Assembly (NCBI GenBank): GCA_963669175.1
Contig: OY769902.1
Coordinates: forward strand, 1,760,001-1,824,000
Source of the DNA: a bacterium
Lineage (GTDB): Bacteria > Electryoneota > Electryoneia > Electryoneales > Electryoneaceae
Length of the DNA: 64,000 bases
Direction of reading: 5' to 3'
Each line of letters begins with the position of its first letter. Position 1 is the first letter of the stretch. Positions 50,372 through 61,410 of the stretch are shown here, one piece after another. The translations under genes and the position numbers were made by a program. The notes beneath the pieces were generated by a model that was given only the letters and a program-made list of their open reading frames with translations, did not search any database and had not been told where the DNA came from.

Positions 50372-50400
50372 CCCCGCCTTTTATCGGCGGGGTTTCATTT
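50372..50400 (+). terminator. Putative intrinsic terminator
   Basis: CCCCGCC/GGCGGGG stem followed by TTT. Confidence 0.55.
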
Positions 50401-50472
50401 GGGGTTGGCATTGTTTGTCAAGTTTTTGCATTTTCTTTTGTTTCAACAACAAGTAACCTGCATTCCAGGGGG

Positions 50473-51561
50473 ATGCCCTTGAACAGGTATTCGAGATTTC
50501 TGTTATTGTTGCTTTTCCTGCCAGTGTTTACGATAGCGCAGGATGCGCCATCTTCCATAATGGGAGATGTGCCGATTCAGGGGGAATATCATGCGGTGCT
50601 TCTCTATACGTTCCAGGTGGACCGTGGAGATGTGCCCGCTGTTGAAACCCTGGCTTTCAGTCGTGATGGATCCATGTTGGCCACCGGGGCCTCTGACGGT
50701 GTCGTTCGTATCTGGGATACCCGTTCCGGGGCATTGATTCGGCGGATGAAAGGAACCCTTCGGTATGTACGCAAGGTTGTTTTCGGGCCGTTCGACCAAT
50801 ACCTGTTTGCCTGTGGCGCTGATGGGACTGTGAAAACATGGGAAGTACGCACCGGACGTTTGAAGGACAAGCTTGAAGCCCATGATGATATTGCTCTGTC
50901 CATCGCGTTGAACCCGGATGCGGATATGATGGCCAGCGCGGGGCGTGACGGGAAACTGATGATATGGCAACGCAAGAGCGGCGCTTTATACAAAGAGATC
51001 ACCTTCGAGCCCGGGCAGCATATCAACTATATCGAATTCAGCCCGAATGGAAAATGGCTGGTCGCAACAGCGACGAACTATGAAGAACGCTCGGAAGATA
51101 ATCCGAACATGACAGATGATGTTTACATATTCAACGCTTTTTCATGGCAGGACACGGTACGGCTTGAATCCAACGATGCCGAGCGTGCGGTATTCAGTCC
51201 GGACAGCAAGCGTCTGGCAACGACGGAATTCCGCAATATCATGATCCGTGATCCGTTCACGGCTGAAGTGCAGATGACGCTTGAGGGGCACAGGAGTTTT
51301 GTAAATGACTTGATTTTCCATCCGACCGGCGAGCTGTTGATCTCCGGCGGCGATGATAAAAAAGTGATTCTCTGGGATCTTCGCAATGGCAATCATATCG
51401 AGACGGTAGATCAGCATAAATTCATGGTGACTTCGGTTGGAATTAATCATGACGGTGACATGATCGCCAGCGGTGATGAAGGCGGCTGGGTCTATCTCTG
51501 GAAAATAGATTTGCTCGACCCGGAGACCGGTCGCCCATTGAAAAAGCGGCGCACTTGGTAG
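50473..51561 (+). CDS. Secreted WD40-repeat protein
   Basis: LAFSRDGSMLATGASDGVVRIWD, GH...SGGDDKKVILWD repeats; signal peptide ...FTIA-Q. Confidence 0.9.
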   Translation: MPLNRYSRFLLLLLFLPVFTIAQDAPSSIMGDVPIQGEYHAVLLYTFQVDRGDVPAVETLAFSRDGSMLATGASDGVVRIWDTRSGALIRRMKGTLRYVRKVVFGPFDQYLFACGADGTVKTWEVRTGRLKDKLEAHDDIALSIALNPDADMMASAGRDGKLMIWQRKSGALYKEITFEPGQHINYIEFSPNGKWLVATATNYEERSEDNPNMTDDVYIFNAFSWQDTVRLESNDAERAVFSPDSKRLATTEFRNIMIRDPFTAEVQMTLEGHRSFVNDLIFHPTGELLISGGDDKKVILWDLRNGNHIETVDQHKFMVTSVGINHDGDMIASGDEGGWVYLWKIDLLDPETGRPLKKRRTW

Positions 51562-51618
51562 TATACTCCAGCGGCTTGAAAAGCGTACGAGTTGATGGAG
51601 CCAAGCGAGTAAAAACTC

Positions 51619-51646
51619 TTGACTCCGGGCAATTAATGCGTATATT
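51619..51646 (+). promoter_or_regulatory. Putative sigma70 promoter of the tRNA-tuf operon
   Basis: TTGACT-N16-TATATT. Confidence 0.5.
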
Positions 51647-51736
51647 TACAGGCTGCACCCTAGAAGGACACTTTTTGACTCCCGGCGGGCGTCGGGGGTT
51701 TTTTAGATGCCTTTCGAAAGGGTGAGGGTGATAGGC

Positions 51737-51809
51737 GCCGGTGTAGCTCAGTTGGTAGAGCACTGGATTTGTAATCCAGCGGTCATCGGTTCGAATCCGA
51801 TCGCCGGCT
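51737..51809 (+). tRNA. tRNA-Thr(UGU)
   Basis: Cloverleaf; anticodon arm CTGGA-TT-TGT-AA-TCCAG; GGTTCGAATCC. Confidence 0.95.
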
Positions 51810-52016
51810 CGAAGCCGGAACGGGCCTGATCGGGGGATGACCCGCCCGCCAGCCCGGACGATAGGCAGTACGAGTCGTTTTGTTCTTCAAGACGCATTGG
51901 TGGCGCGAGATCCAGCGCAGGGAGGCCGTTGCCCCAGCACAGGCAGAGGCTGTTCACCTGGGCAGGAGGATCGGGTCACCTGTTTTGTGCTTGTTTGAAA
52001 AGCGAAACTACCCCAT

Positions 52017-52102
52017 GGGGGGATGCCCGAGCGGCCAAAGGGAGCAGACTGTAAATCTGCCGGCGGATGCCTTCGTAGGTTCGAATCCTACTCCCCCCAC
52101 CA
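52017..52102 (+). tRNA. tRNA-Tyr(GUA)
   Basis: GCAGA-CT-GTA-AA-TCTGC; long variable arm; CCA. Confidence 0.96.
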
Positions 52103-52105
52103 GGT

Positions 52106-52197
52106 AATTAGGAATTAGTAATTAGGAATATTGGGAGTGCTATTCACCTTCTGATGGTGTACTGGAATTCCTAATTTCTCATTCCTAATTCCTAATT
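52106..52197. repeat. Inverted AATTAGG heptamer arms between tRNA-Tyr and tRNA-Gly
   Basis: Three heptamers 52106-52126; reverse-complement arm 52166-52197. Confidence 0.8.
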
Positions 52198-52212
52198 GTG
52201 CCGAAGGCACTC

Positions 52213-52289
52213 GCGGGAGTAGCTCAATTGGCTAGAGCATCGGCCTTCCAAGCCGAAGGTTACGGGTTCGAGCCCCGCCTCCCGCTCCA
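52213..52289 (+). tRNA. tRNA-Gly(UCC)
   Basis: TCGGC-CT-TCC-AA-GCCGA; CCA. Confidence 0.95.
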
Positions 52290-52378
52290 GAGGAGTTTCA
52301 GGTTGTTGGCAATGGCAGTGATAAAACGCTGTTCAGGTGGAAACCGTGCCAATCGCCTTTTTTGCATTTGATAGCAAA

Positions 52379-52451
<73 letters not shown>

Positions 52452-52550
52452 CCGAGTAAAGTTGATACACCGTAAGCACATTCACCTTGACCCGAATCTG
52501 ACCGCCAAAGACGAGTGGCGGGATGTTCAGGCGAGAGAGGAGATCATACA

Positions 52551-53744
52551 ATGGCGAAGGCGAAGTTTGAGCGCACGAAGCCGCATGTGAACATCGGCAC
52601 GATTGGTCACGTGGACCACGGTAAGACGACGTTGACAGCGGCGATCACATTGGTATTGTCGAAGAAGAACCAGGGCGTAGCCTTCCGTTCCTTCGATTCG
52701 ATTGATAACGCGCCGGAAGAACGTGAACGTGGTATTACAATTGCAACAGCCCACGTGGAATATGAGACGGATAACCGTCACTATGCCCATGTAGACTGTC
52801 CGGGTCACGCGGACTATGTGAAGAACATGATCACTGGTGCAGCGCAGATGGACGGTTCCATCGTGGTAGTGTCGGCTGCTGACGGCCCGATGCCGCAGAC
52901 CCGTGAGCACATTCTTCTCGCCCGCCAGGTGAACGTGCCTGCTTTGGTCGTATTCATGAACAAGGTGGATATGGTCGATGACGAGGAACTTCTTGACCTG
53001 GTCGAGTTGGAAATGCGCGACCTGTTGAACGAATATGAGTTCCCGGGCGACGATCTTCCGATCATCCGTGGCAGCGCCCTTGAAGCGTTGAACAATCCCG
53101 ATGATCCCGAAAAGACGAAGTGCATCTTTGAGTTGATGGAAGCAGTTGACGGTTACGTGCCGGAACCGGAACGTGCTGTAGACCAGGCCTTCCTGATGCC
53201 TGTAGAAGACGTCTTTTCGATCACAGGCCGTGGCACCGTGGCAACCGGTCGTATCGAGCGCGGCGTAGTCAAGACCGGTGAAGAGGTTGAGCTTGTAGGT
53301 CTTGGTGTGAACCGTAAGACGGTTGTGACCGGTGTAGAGATGTTCCGCAAGATCCTTGATCAGGGTCAGGCTGGTGACAACGCGGGTCTTCTGCTTCGTG
53401 GCGTAGACAAGAACGAGATCGAGCGCGGTATGGTCCTGGCGAAGCCGGGCAGTGTGAAGCCGCACACGAAGTTCGAAGCTGAAGTATACGTACTGGGCAA
53501 GGACGAAGGTGGACGTCATACACCGTTCTTCGGTGGCTATCGTCCGCAGTTCTTCTTCCGTACGACAGACGTGACCGGTGAGATTCAGTTGCCCGAAGGC
53601 GTAGAGATGGTAATGCCTGGTGACAACGTGAAGATGACTGTCGAACTGATCGCGCCGATCGCGATGGAAGAGACGCTTCGTTTCGCCATCCGTGAAGGCG
53701 GCCGTACAGTCGGCGCCGGCGTTGTCGGTAAGATTCTCGAGTAA
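52551..53744 (+). CDS. tuf: Elongation factor Tu
   Basis: [27 protein letters not shown]; NKVD. Confidence 0.99.
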   Translation: MAKAKFERTKPHVNIGTIGHVDHGKTTLTAAITLVLSKKNQGVAFRSFDSIDNAPEERERGITIATAHVEYETDNRHYAHVDCPGHADYVKNMITGAAQMDGSIVVVSAADGPMPQTREHILLARQVNVPALVVFMNKVDMVDDEELLDLVELEMRDLLNEYEFPGDDLPIIRGSALEALNNPDDPEKTKCIFELMEAVDGYVPEPERAVDQAFLMPVEDVFSITGRGTVATGRIERGVVKTGEEVELVGLGVNRKTVVTGVEMFRKILDQGQAGDNAGLLLRGVDKNEIERGMVLAKPGSVKPHTKFEAEVYVLGKDEGGRHTPFFGGYRPQFFFRTTDVTGEIQLPEGVEMVMPGDNVKMTVELIAPIAMEETLRFAIREGGRTVGAGVVGKILE

Positions 53745-53847
53745 GTACGAAGTTCGTTTCCGCTCCCGGGCGTACGTTCGGGGGCGGCCTTTTCATATCG
53801 GCGGGAGTGTGTGAAACGCTGGAACCGCCTCACACTGAGTTGGCATT

Positions 53848-53997
53848 ATGCGTGATAAGGTGATCTTGGCCTGCACAGAGTGCAAGCGTCGTAACTACAC
53901 TACGACCAAGAACAAGCGGAAGCATCCGGACAGGATGGAAGTGAAGAAGTATTGTCCTTTCTGCAACAAGCACACACCGCACCGGGAAACGAAGTAG
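53848..53997 (+). CDS. rpmG: 50S ribosomal protein L33 (Zn-ribbon type; absent from the ORF track)
   Basis: Hand translation [49 protein letters not shown]. Confidence 0.96.
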   Translation: MRDKVILACTECKRRNYTTTKNKRKHPDRMEVKKYCPFCNKHTPHRETK

Positions 53998-54052
53998 CGG
54001 TTTGATTGTAGATGCCGGCAACAGGTTGTAGCAAGGTTGCCGGTGGTTCTTT

Positions 54053-54128
54053 AGGTCACTAGCTCAATTGGTAGAGCACCGGTCTCCAAAACCGGGGGTT
54101 GGGGGTTCGAGTCCCTCGTGACCTGCCA
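54053..54128 (+). tRNA. tRNA-Trp(CCA)
   Basis: CCGGT-CT-CCA-AA-ACCGG; CCA end. Confidence 0.96.
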
Positions 54129-54147
54129 GGCAACGAGAGAGGCTGCC

Positions 54148-54333
54148 ATGATCGGCAAAAGTATCGCCTATTTACGAAATGTACGCCAGGAGATGGGTAA
54201 GGTCTCATGGCCGACCTGGGGTCAGCTCAGGGAATCGACGACGATTACCCTCATATTGGCGTTGGTACTGGCGATTTTCATTTTCATTATTGACAAGATC
54301 GTGTCTGTACTGATCGGGTTTGTCATTTCATGA
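54148..54333 (+). CDS. secE: Preprotein translocase subunit SecE
   Basis: EMGKVSWPT plus one TM; canonical position. Confidence 0.93.
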   Translation: MIGKSIAYLRNVRQEMGKVSWPTWGQLRESTTITLILALVLAIFIFIIDKIVSVLIGFVIS

Positions 54334-54902
54334 CGACTGTAAACGACACTCAAGAAGGAATGGAGTGGTTCGTCGCTCATGTCTTCACCGGGCAGGAAAA
54401 CCGGGTGAAGGAGTACATGGAGCGCGAGGTCGAGCGTCTTGGTTACCAGGATCTGGTCGGCCGTGTACTTATTCCGACTGAAGACATCATTGAGATGCGT
54501 GATGGTCGGAAGCGGGTGAAGAAGCGTTCCTTCTTCCCTGGGTACATGCTGGTTGAGATGAAGCTTTGCAAGGAAACCAAGCACCTTGTAACCAACACTC
54601 CTGGTGTGATTGGGTTCATCGGTGGAACCGGTACAGAACCTCAACCGATTCAGCAGCATGAAGTGGACCGGATTTTCGGCCGTGTCGAAGAAACCGCCGG
54701 TACCGCGACCATGGAGATCCCGTTTGGCGTCGATGATAAGGTGAAAATCATTGATGGTCCATTCAAGGAATTCCAGGGCACCATTACTGAGATCAACGAG
54801 GAGAAGCGTAAGCTGAAAGTTCTGGTGTCGATCTTCGGACGGGAAACTCCAGTTGAAGTGGATTTCCTGCAGGTTAGCACAGACTTCAGTGAGAACTCCT
54901 GA
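54330..54902 (+). CDS. nusG: Transcription termination/antitermination factor NusG
   Basis: FFPGYMLVEM, TPGVIGF, DGPF, IFGRETPVE. Confidence 0.97.
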   Translation: MTTVNDTQEGMEWFVAHVFTGQENRVKEYMEREVERLGYQDLVGRVLIPTEDIIEMRDGRKRVKKRSFFPGYMLVEMKLCKETKHLVTNTPGVIGFIGGTGTEPQPIQQHEVDRIFGRVEETAGTATMEIPFGVDDKVKIIDGPFKEFQGTITEINEEKRKLKVLVSIFGRETPVEVDFLQVSTDFSENS

Positions 54903-55107
54903 GGATTCCGGCCGTACTACCCTTGCCACACAGCACTGCCTGCCCTGATGCTTTAGCGGAAGGGTAGGATCTCTTCGTCTGTTGGTAGGGGGATTGCAAG
55001 AATGAGGCCGGAATAGTGGCACTTGGGGCCACATAAAAGTGCAGGGCTTATCCGAACCCTGCGCTATAGAAGTAAAAGACAGGCAACCGTAACCGGATGA
55101 GGATAAG

Positions 55108-55539
55108 ATGGCGAAGAAAGTAAAAGCGATCGTGAAACTGGTTTGTACTGGTGGGCAGGCCTCGCCAGCGCCTCCGGTCGGCACGGCCCTCGGTCCGCAA
55201 GGCGTGAACATCATGGAGTTCGTGAAGCAGTTCAACGCCAAGACGCAGGATCAACAGGGCGTGTTGATTCCGGTGGAAATGACCATCTTCACCGATACGT
55301 CGTTCACCTTCATCACCAAGACCCCACCCGCCTCATACCTCATCAAGCAGGCCATGAAGCTGGATAAAGGGTCGGCAGAGCCCCACGTGACGAAGGTTGG
55401 AACGCTAAAACAGGATCAACTCCGTAAGATCGCGGAGCTGAAGATGAAAGACCTGAACGCTCACACAGTTGACGCGGCAATGAACATCATTGCCGGTACA
55501 GCTCGTTCGATGGGCGTGTTGGTCGAGGCAGCGGAGTAA
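55108..55539 (+). CDS. rplK: 50S ribosomal protein L11
   Basis: [25 protein letters not shown]. Confidence 0.98.
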   Translation: MAKKVKAIVKLVCTGGQASPAPPVGTALGPQGVNIMEFVKQFNAKTQDQQGVLIPVEMTIFTDTSFTFITKTPPASYLIKQAMKLDKGSAEPHVTKVGTLKQDQLRKIAELKMKDLNAHTVDAAMNIIAGTARSMGVLVEAAE

Positions 55540-55543
55540 AAAC

Positions 55544-56248
55544 ATGAAACGTAGCCGACGCTGGAAGGAAGCGGCGACCAAGGTCGACCGTCTCCGCGAG
55601 TACCAGCTCGACGAGTCCCTTGACATCGTCAAGGAAAACGCGAGTAAGACAAAGTTCGATGAAACCGTCGAGCTGACAGTCAACCTGGGTGTTGATCCCC
55701 GAAAGGCGGATCAGATGGTGCGTGGCACTGTCGCCTTACCGCACGGAACCGGTAAAGCCGTTCGCGTCCTGGTCCTGACAAAGGGCGAGAAGCAGAACGA
55801 AGCCAAGGAAGCCGGAGCCGATTACGTCGGGTTTGAAGAGTACATCGAGAAGATCGAAGGTGGCTGGTTTGACTTTGATGTCTGTATTGCCACCCCGGAC
55901 TCGATGCGTGACGTAGGTAAGTTGGGGCGTGTACTGGGCCCGCGTGGCCTGATGCCGAACCCCAAAACCGGGACTGTCACATTTGACGTAGGTCAGGCAG
56001 TTGAAGAGGTGAAAGCCGGTCGTATCGATTTCCGTGTTGACCGGTATGGTATTATTCACGTTGGCGTGGGTAAAGTTTCCTTTACCACCGAAATGCTTCG
56101 TGATAATATCGTGGAGATGATGCGGACCCTGATGCGCATGAAGCCGTCTGCGGCCAAGGGCACCTATGTTCGCAAAATCAGCGTCTCCTCCACCATGGGC
56201 CCTGGTGTTAAAATTGACCGTACCGTTATGCGGGATATGGCCAAATAA
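55544..56248 (+). CDS. rplA: 50S ribosomal protein L1
   Basis: [35 protein letters not shown]. Confidence 0.98.
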   Translation: MKRSRRWKEAATKVDRLREYQLDESLDIVKENASKTKFDETVELTVNLGVDPRKADQMVRGTVALPHGTGKAVRVLVLTKGEKQNEAKEAGADYVGFEEYIEKIEGGWFDFDVCIATPDSMRDVGKLGRVLGPRGLMPNPKTGTVTFDVGQAVEEVKAGRIDFRVDRYGIIHVGVGKVSFTTEMLRDNIVEMMRTLMRMKPSAAKGTYVRKISVSSTMGPGVKIDRTVMRDMAK

Positions 56249-56282
56249 CCGGGTCTGAAAGACCTTGAAGATGGAGTAGATC

Positions 56283-56855
56283 ATGGCGTACGAAACCAAT
56301 CCAAATCCAGCGAAGAAAGAAACCGTCGCCCAGCTCGAAGAAATCGTGAGCAAGGCTGAAGGTATCTTCTTCACGGACTTCAGCGGTCTGTCGGTGGCGC
56401 AAATCAACCAGCTTCGTTCACGGTTTTTTGATGCCGGCGATGCGAATTTCCTGGTTGCAAAGAACACCCTGACCAAGATCGCGCTTGAGAACAAGGGCTA
56501 CGAGAATGTGCTGGAGCAACTCGCTCCAGTATTAAAGGGACCGACCGGAATGGCGCTTGGTTTTGACGATCCCGTCAAGCCGGTCAAGGTGATTGCTGAA
56601 TTCCTGAAAGACAATAAGCTTGAAAAGCCCGCATTTAAGGGTGGTATTGTTGAAGGGACATTCTACGGCCCCGAAGATGTAGAAAAGTTGAAAGATATTC
56701 CGCCGGTGGATCAGCTCTACGCATTGATCGTAGGCAGCATTACCAGTCCACTGAGTGGTTTTGTTGGCGTACTGAACGAGACTGTCCGCAGCTTTGTCGG
56801 CGTGCTCGACGCCATTATTCAGCAGAAACAGGAAGAAGAGGGCGCGGCAGCCTGA
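56283..56855 (+). CDS. rplJ: 50S ribosomal protein L10
   Basis: DFSGLSV, KNTL, GPT; position. Confidence 0.95.
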   Translation: MAYETNPNPAKKETVAQLEEIVSKAEGIFFTDFSGLSVAQINQLRSRFFDAGDANFLVAKNTLTKIALENKGYENVLEQLAPVLKGPTGMALGFDDPVKPVKVIAEFLKDNKLEKPAFKGGIVEGTFYGPEDVEKLKDIPPVDQLYALIVGSITSPLSGFVGVLNETVRSFVGVLDAIIQQKQEEEGAAA

Positions 56856-56937
56856 AGAAACGGGCAGGCAGTGGATATGCCGCCGCTGCCTTAATTTGCC
56901 CCGGAAGGAACGCGCACAACCCCTAAGGAGGCATAAC

Positions 56938-57315
56938 GTGCAAGAGCTTATTGAACAAATCAAGAACATGAAAGTTCTTGAGCTGGTAGAACTGAAGAAG
57001 GCCCTGGAAGAAGAATTTGGTGTCACCGCAGCCGCCCCGATGATGGGTGCAGGTATGATGATGCCGGCCGCTGGCGCTGCTGCTGCAGAGCCCGAAGAAG
57101 AGAAGACAGAGTTTGACGTCATCCTGAAGGATGCCGGCGACAAGAAGATCCAGGTCATCAAGGTTATCCGTCCGATTACCGGTCTCGGTCTGAAAGAAGC
57201 CAAAGATCTCGTCGAATCCGCTCCGAAGCCGATCAAGGAAGCCGTGAGCAAGGATGAAGCCGAAGAGATCAAGAGCAAGATCGAAGAAGTCGGTGGCGTA
57301 GTGGAGCTGAAGTAA
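56938..57315 (+). CDS. rplL: 50S ribosomal protein L7/L12
   Basis: GTG start after AAGGAGG; [23 protein letters not shown]. Confidence 0.96.
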   Translation: MQELIEQIKNMKVLELVELKKALEEEFGVTAAAPMMGAGMMMPAAGAAAAEPEEEKTEFDVILKDAGDKKIQVIKVIRPITGLGLKEAKDLVESAPKPIKEAVSKDEAEEIKSKIEEVGGVVELK

Positions 57316-57436
57316 TTGACAGCGACAGCTGCTAGAGCTTTGCATTTTCCAGGCGGGTCCACCGCACAGGGTGGTGGGCTTCGCCTTTTCATGTTCGGTA
57401 CCCTGAATGGTACACCTGTCGCATAAGGAGGTCGTG

Positions 57437-60400
57437 GTGCAGAAGAAGGACCCGATTCAGCGACACAGTTTCTCCCGGATCGCTCCAGTGCTGGATATCC
57501 CAGACCTGCTGGAAGTCCAGGTGAAATCCTTCAATGATTTCCTTCAGGCGGATGTGCTGCCGGAGGAACGCGGGAACCAGGGACTCCAGGAAGTGTGCAA
57601 TACCATTTTCCCGATTGTGGACAACCGGGAAGAACACATCCTCGAGTTCGTCGAGTATTATGTTGAAGCGCCCAAGTATACCGTCGAAGAGTGCAAGGAG
57701 CGCGGTGTCAGCTACACGGTGCCCCTGAAGGCCAAACTCCGCCTGTCAAGCAGGGGAGACTCCGACGAATCCGATGAATTCGAAGAAACGATCGAATCGG
57801 ATGTGTACATGGGCAACCTGCCGATGATGACTTCGCGGGGTACGTTTATCATTAACGGCGCCGAACGAGTCATTGTCAGCCAGTTGCATCGTAGCCCGGG
57901 TGTATTCTTCTCGTCATCCATTCATCCGAATGGAACGACGATCTATTCCGCCCGGATTATCCCCTTCCGCGGAAGTTGGATCGAGTTTACCACCGATATC
58001 AACAACGCGATCTTCGTATACATCGACCGTCGTCGAAAATTCCCGGTGACAACCTTCCTGCGTGCCATCGGGTTGAGCACTGACGCCCAGATTCTGGAAG
58101 CTTTCGGCTTCTGTGAAGAGGTGCCGATCAGCCGTAAGGAGATCGAAAGTTATTTCGGTCGCAAAGTTGTCGACGATGTGATTGATGAAGAGACGGGTGA
58201 AGTCATTGCTGAGAAGGATGAAGAATTCAGCGATGATATCCTGAAGAAGATGAAGCGCGCCAAGATTAGGCGGATTCCGCTGCTCAGGCGTGTGCGGGGT
58301 AAGGAAAACGAACTTAGCCTCGAGATTCTTCATAACACGCTGGCTCGCGACAAAACGAGCAGTGAAGAAGAAGCACTCGAGTTTATTTATCGTGAAATGC
58401 GCAGTGGCGATTCACCGGACATCGAAACAGCACGCAAGCTTCTGCAGCGCCTGTTCTTCGATGAAAAGCGCTATGATCTGGGCGCTGTCGGCCGGTATCG
58501 AATCAACATCAAGCTGGACCTGGATGTCCCACGCGAGACAACAATCCTCGCCCAGGAAGATGTTGTTGCCATTGTCAAGTATGTCCTGTTGCTGAAGAAC
58601 GCCAAGCGCAGTACCGATGATATTGACCACTTGGGCAATCGTCGTGTTCGTACCGTTGGCGAACAGCTTGCAAATCAGTTCTCGGTCGCGTTCAGCCGTA
58701 TGGCGCGAACGATCAAGGAACGGATGAATGTCCGTGATTCCGAGAAGCTGCAGCCGCAAGACCTGGTCAATGTTCGCACGATTTCCAGTGTGATCAACAC
58801 CTTCTTCGGCACAAACCAGCTCAGCCAGTTCATGGACCAGGTCAATCCGCTTACGGAATTGACTCACAAGCGCCGTCTTTCGGCCCTGGGTCCGGGTGGT
58901 CTGACGCGTGAACGCGCAGGCTTCGAAGTTCGCGACGTTCACTACACGCATTATGGCCGTTTGTGCCCGATCGAAACCCCTGAAGGTCCGAACATTGGTC
59001 TGATCTCCAGTCTGACAACCTTTGCCCGCTTCAACGATCTCGGCTTTGTCGAGACTCCTTATCGCAAGGTGAAAAACGGCAAGGTTACCAAGCAGATTGA
59101 GTACCTGTCGGCAGATGATGAAGACAAGTACGTTATTGCTCAGGCCAACGCTCCGTTGAGCGAGGATGGTTCCTTCAGAAACGAACGTGTCAAGTGCCGG
59201 TACCGTGCTGAATACCCGGTTATGACACCGGACAAGATTGACTATATGGACGTGGCGCCGCACCAGATCGTGTCGGTGGCTGCTTCCCTTATTCCGTTCC
59301 TGGAACATGATGACGCCAACCGTGCATTGATGGGATCCAACATGCAGCGGCAGGCGGTTCCGCTCCTGGTGCCGGAAACCCCGATTGTGGGTACCGGTAT
59401 GGAAAAGAAGGCGGCGGAAGATTCACGCGCTACCGTACGTACAGACACCGATGGCGTTGTGCGCTATGTTGACGCGAACAAGATCGTGGTTGAAGCGCGC
59501 CGCAAGGGTGTTTCCAAGGAACGTCAGTCGGAGCTGCCCAGCAGCTTCAACACGTATCGTCTGCAAAAGTTCATCCGTACCAACCAGGACTCCTGTATCA
59601 ATCAGCGTCCTTTGGTAAAGACCGGGCAGTTCATTCGCGCCGGCCAGGTGATTGCGGACGGTCCCGCGACAGATCGTGGCGAACTGGCGCTGGGACGTAA
59701 TGTCCTGGTGGCTTTCATGCCTTGGCACGGGTACAACTTCGAAGACTCGGTCATTATTTCCGAGCGCATTGTGAAGGACGATGTCTTCACCAGCATCCGG
59801 ATTGAGGAGCTGGAGTTGCAGGTTCGCGAGACAAAGCGCGGTAAGGAAGAACTGACCTCGGAAATTCCGAACGTCTCCGAAGAAGCAACCCGTAACCTTG
59901 ACGAGAACGGTATTGTCCGGGTCGGCGCACTGATTAATTCCGGCGACATTCTTGTCGGTAAAGTCACCCCGAAGGGCGAAACCGACCTGACTCCGGAAGA
60001 CAAGTTGCTGAAGGCGATCTTCGGTGACAAGGCCGGTGATGTGAAAGACGCCAGCCTTCGTGCGCATCCGGGTATGTACGGTATCGTGATCGACACGAAA
60101 CTGTTCAGTCGCAAGAAGAAAGACGTTGAGACACGTCGCCGTGACAAGGAAACCATCGCCCAGATCGAAGCGGACCTGGAACGCGAATTGAAGATGTTGC
60201 GCGTACGGTGCATTGATTCTCTGAAGAATGTGCTTACCGGACGCAGCGCGCTTGAGATTCGTTCCGCTGATGATGATATGGTGATGATTCCCGAAGGAAC
60301 CGTCTACACGGAAGAGCTGGTTAATTCGCTGAAGCTCGAAGATGTTCCTGATGATGTAGACTGGTGCGTGGACGAAGAATCCAGTGTCCTGGCACGTTAT

Positions 60401-61222
60401 GCTTTGCATGATTACCGTGAAGCATCTGCGCAGTCGGAAGTCGAAAACCGGAACAAGATCCATAAGATCCAGGTTGGCGATGAACTACCCAGTGGCATTC
60501 TGCAACTGGCAAAGGTATACATCGCACAGCGCCGCAAGCTGTCTGTCGGTGACAAGATGGCCGGTCGTCACGGTAACAAGGGTGTTGTGGGTAAGATTGT
60601 CCCGATTGAAGATATGCCGTTCCTGTCGGATGGCACTTCGGTAGACATCATCCTGAACCCGTTGGGTGTGCCAAGTCGTATGAATATCGGCCAGATTTTC
60701 GAAACCGTGCTTGGCTGGGCGGGCGACAAGCTGGGCAAGCATTATGCGACCCCGGTATTCGACGGCGCCACGCTGGAAGATGTAGAGAACGAGCTGAAAG
60801 ATGCCGGTATTCCAAACGCCGGTCAGGTTCAGCTTTATGACGGCCGTTCAGGTGAAGCGTTCGACCAGAAGACAACCGTGGGCCAGATCTACATGATGAA
60901 GCTGTCTCACCTTGTCGATGACAAGATCCATGCCCGCAGCATTGGACCGTACTCCCTGATTACCCAACAGCCGTTGGGTGGTAAGGCGCAGTTCGGTGGC
61001 CAACGCTTCGGTGAAATGGAAGTCTGGGCGCTGGAAGCATACGGTGCGGCTCATACGCTGCAGGAAATGCTGACAGTGAAGTCGGACGATGTTCAGGGCC
61101 GTGCACGGACCTACGAGGCGATCGTCAAGGGCGAGAACCTGCCGGTTCCGGGCACACCTGAATCCTTTAACGTACTGATTAACGAGCTTATGGGTCTCGG
61201 GCTTGATGTCAAGCTTGACTGA
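57437..61222 (+). CDS. rpoB: RNA polymerase beta subunit
   Basis: SQFMDQ, CPIETPEGPNIGL, GDKMAGRHGNKG, GGQRFGEMEVWALE. Confidence 0.99.
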   Translation: MQKKDPIQRHSFSRIAPVLDIPDLLEVQVKSFNDFLQADVLPEERGNQGLQEVCNTIFPIVDNREEHILEFVEYYVEAPKYTVEECKERGVSYTVPLKAKLRLSSRGDSDESDEFEETIESDVYMGNLPMMTSRGTFIINGAERVIVSQLHRSPGVFFSSSIHPNGTTIYSARIIPFRGSWIEFTTDINNAIFVYIDRRRKFPVTTFLRAIGLSTDAQILEAFGFCEEVPISRKEIESYFGRKVVDDVIDEETGEVIAEKDEEFSDDILKKMKRAKIRRIPLLRRVRGKENELSLEILHNTLARDKTSSEEEALEFIYREMRSGDSPDIETARKLLQRLFFDEKRYDLGAVGRYRINIKLDLDVPRETTILAQEDVVAIVKYVLLLKNAKRSTDDIDHLGNRRVRTVGEQLANQFSVAFSRMARTIKERMNVRDSEKLQPQDLVNVRTISSVINTFFGTNQLSQFMDQVNPLTELTHKRRLSALGPGGLTRERAGFEVRDVHYTHYGRLCPIETPEGPNIGLISSLTTFARFNDLGFVETPYRKVKNGKVTKQIEYLSADDEDKYVIAQANAPLSEDGSFRNERVKCRYRAEYPVMTPDKIDYMDVAPHQIVSVAASLIPFLEHDDANRALMGSNMQRQAVPLLVPETPIVGTGMEKKAAEDSRATVRTDTDGVVRYVDANKIVVEARRKGVSKERQSELPSSFNTYRLQKFIRTNQDSCINQRPLVKTGQFIRAGQVIADGPATDRGELALGRNVLVAFMPWHGYNFEDSVIISERIVKDDVFTSIRIEELELQVRETKRGKEELTSEIPNVSEEATRNLDENGIVRVGALINSGDILVGKVTPKGETDLTPEDKLLKAIFGDKAGDVKDASLRAHPGMYGIVIDTKLFSRKKKDVETRRRDKETIAQIEADLERELKMLRVRCIDSLKNVLTGRSALEIRSADDDMVMIPEGTVYTEELVNSLKLEDVPDDVDWCVDEESSVLARYALHDYREASAQSEVENRNKIHKIQVGDELPSGILQLAKVYIAQRRKLSVGDKMAGRHGNKGVVGKIVPIEDMPFLSDGTSVDIILNPLGVPSRMNIGQIFETVLGWAGDKLGKHYATPVFDGATLEDVENELKDAGIPNAGQVQLYDGRSGEAFDQKTTVGQIYMMKLSHLVDDKIHARSIGPYSLITQQPLGGKAQFGGQRFGEMEVWALEAYGAAHTLQEMLTVKSDDVQGRARTYEAIVKGENLPVPGTPESFNVLINELMGLGLDVKLD

Positions 61223-61410
61223 TCCATAGTCGAAACAGTATCCCGCTGGTACAGGGGATTTTCGTAAGATTGAGACTTGCTACCGGTAAACCGGTAGTTA
61301 GAGATATGTTCAAGTTGGTAATGACCAACGACCGGACGGTATGATATTCACGTCCGGTACCGTTCCACGGAAGTGGCGTGGTTCGAACCAACAGACTGCT
61401 GGAGGTGGTT

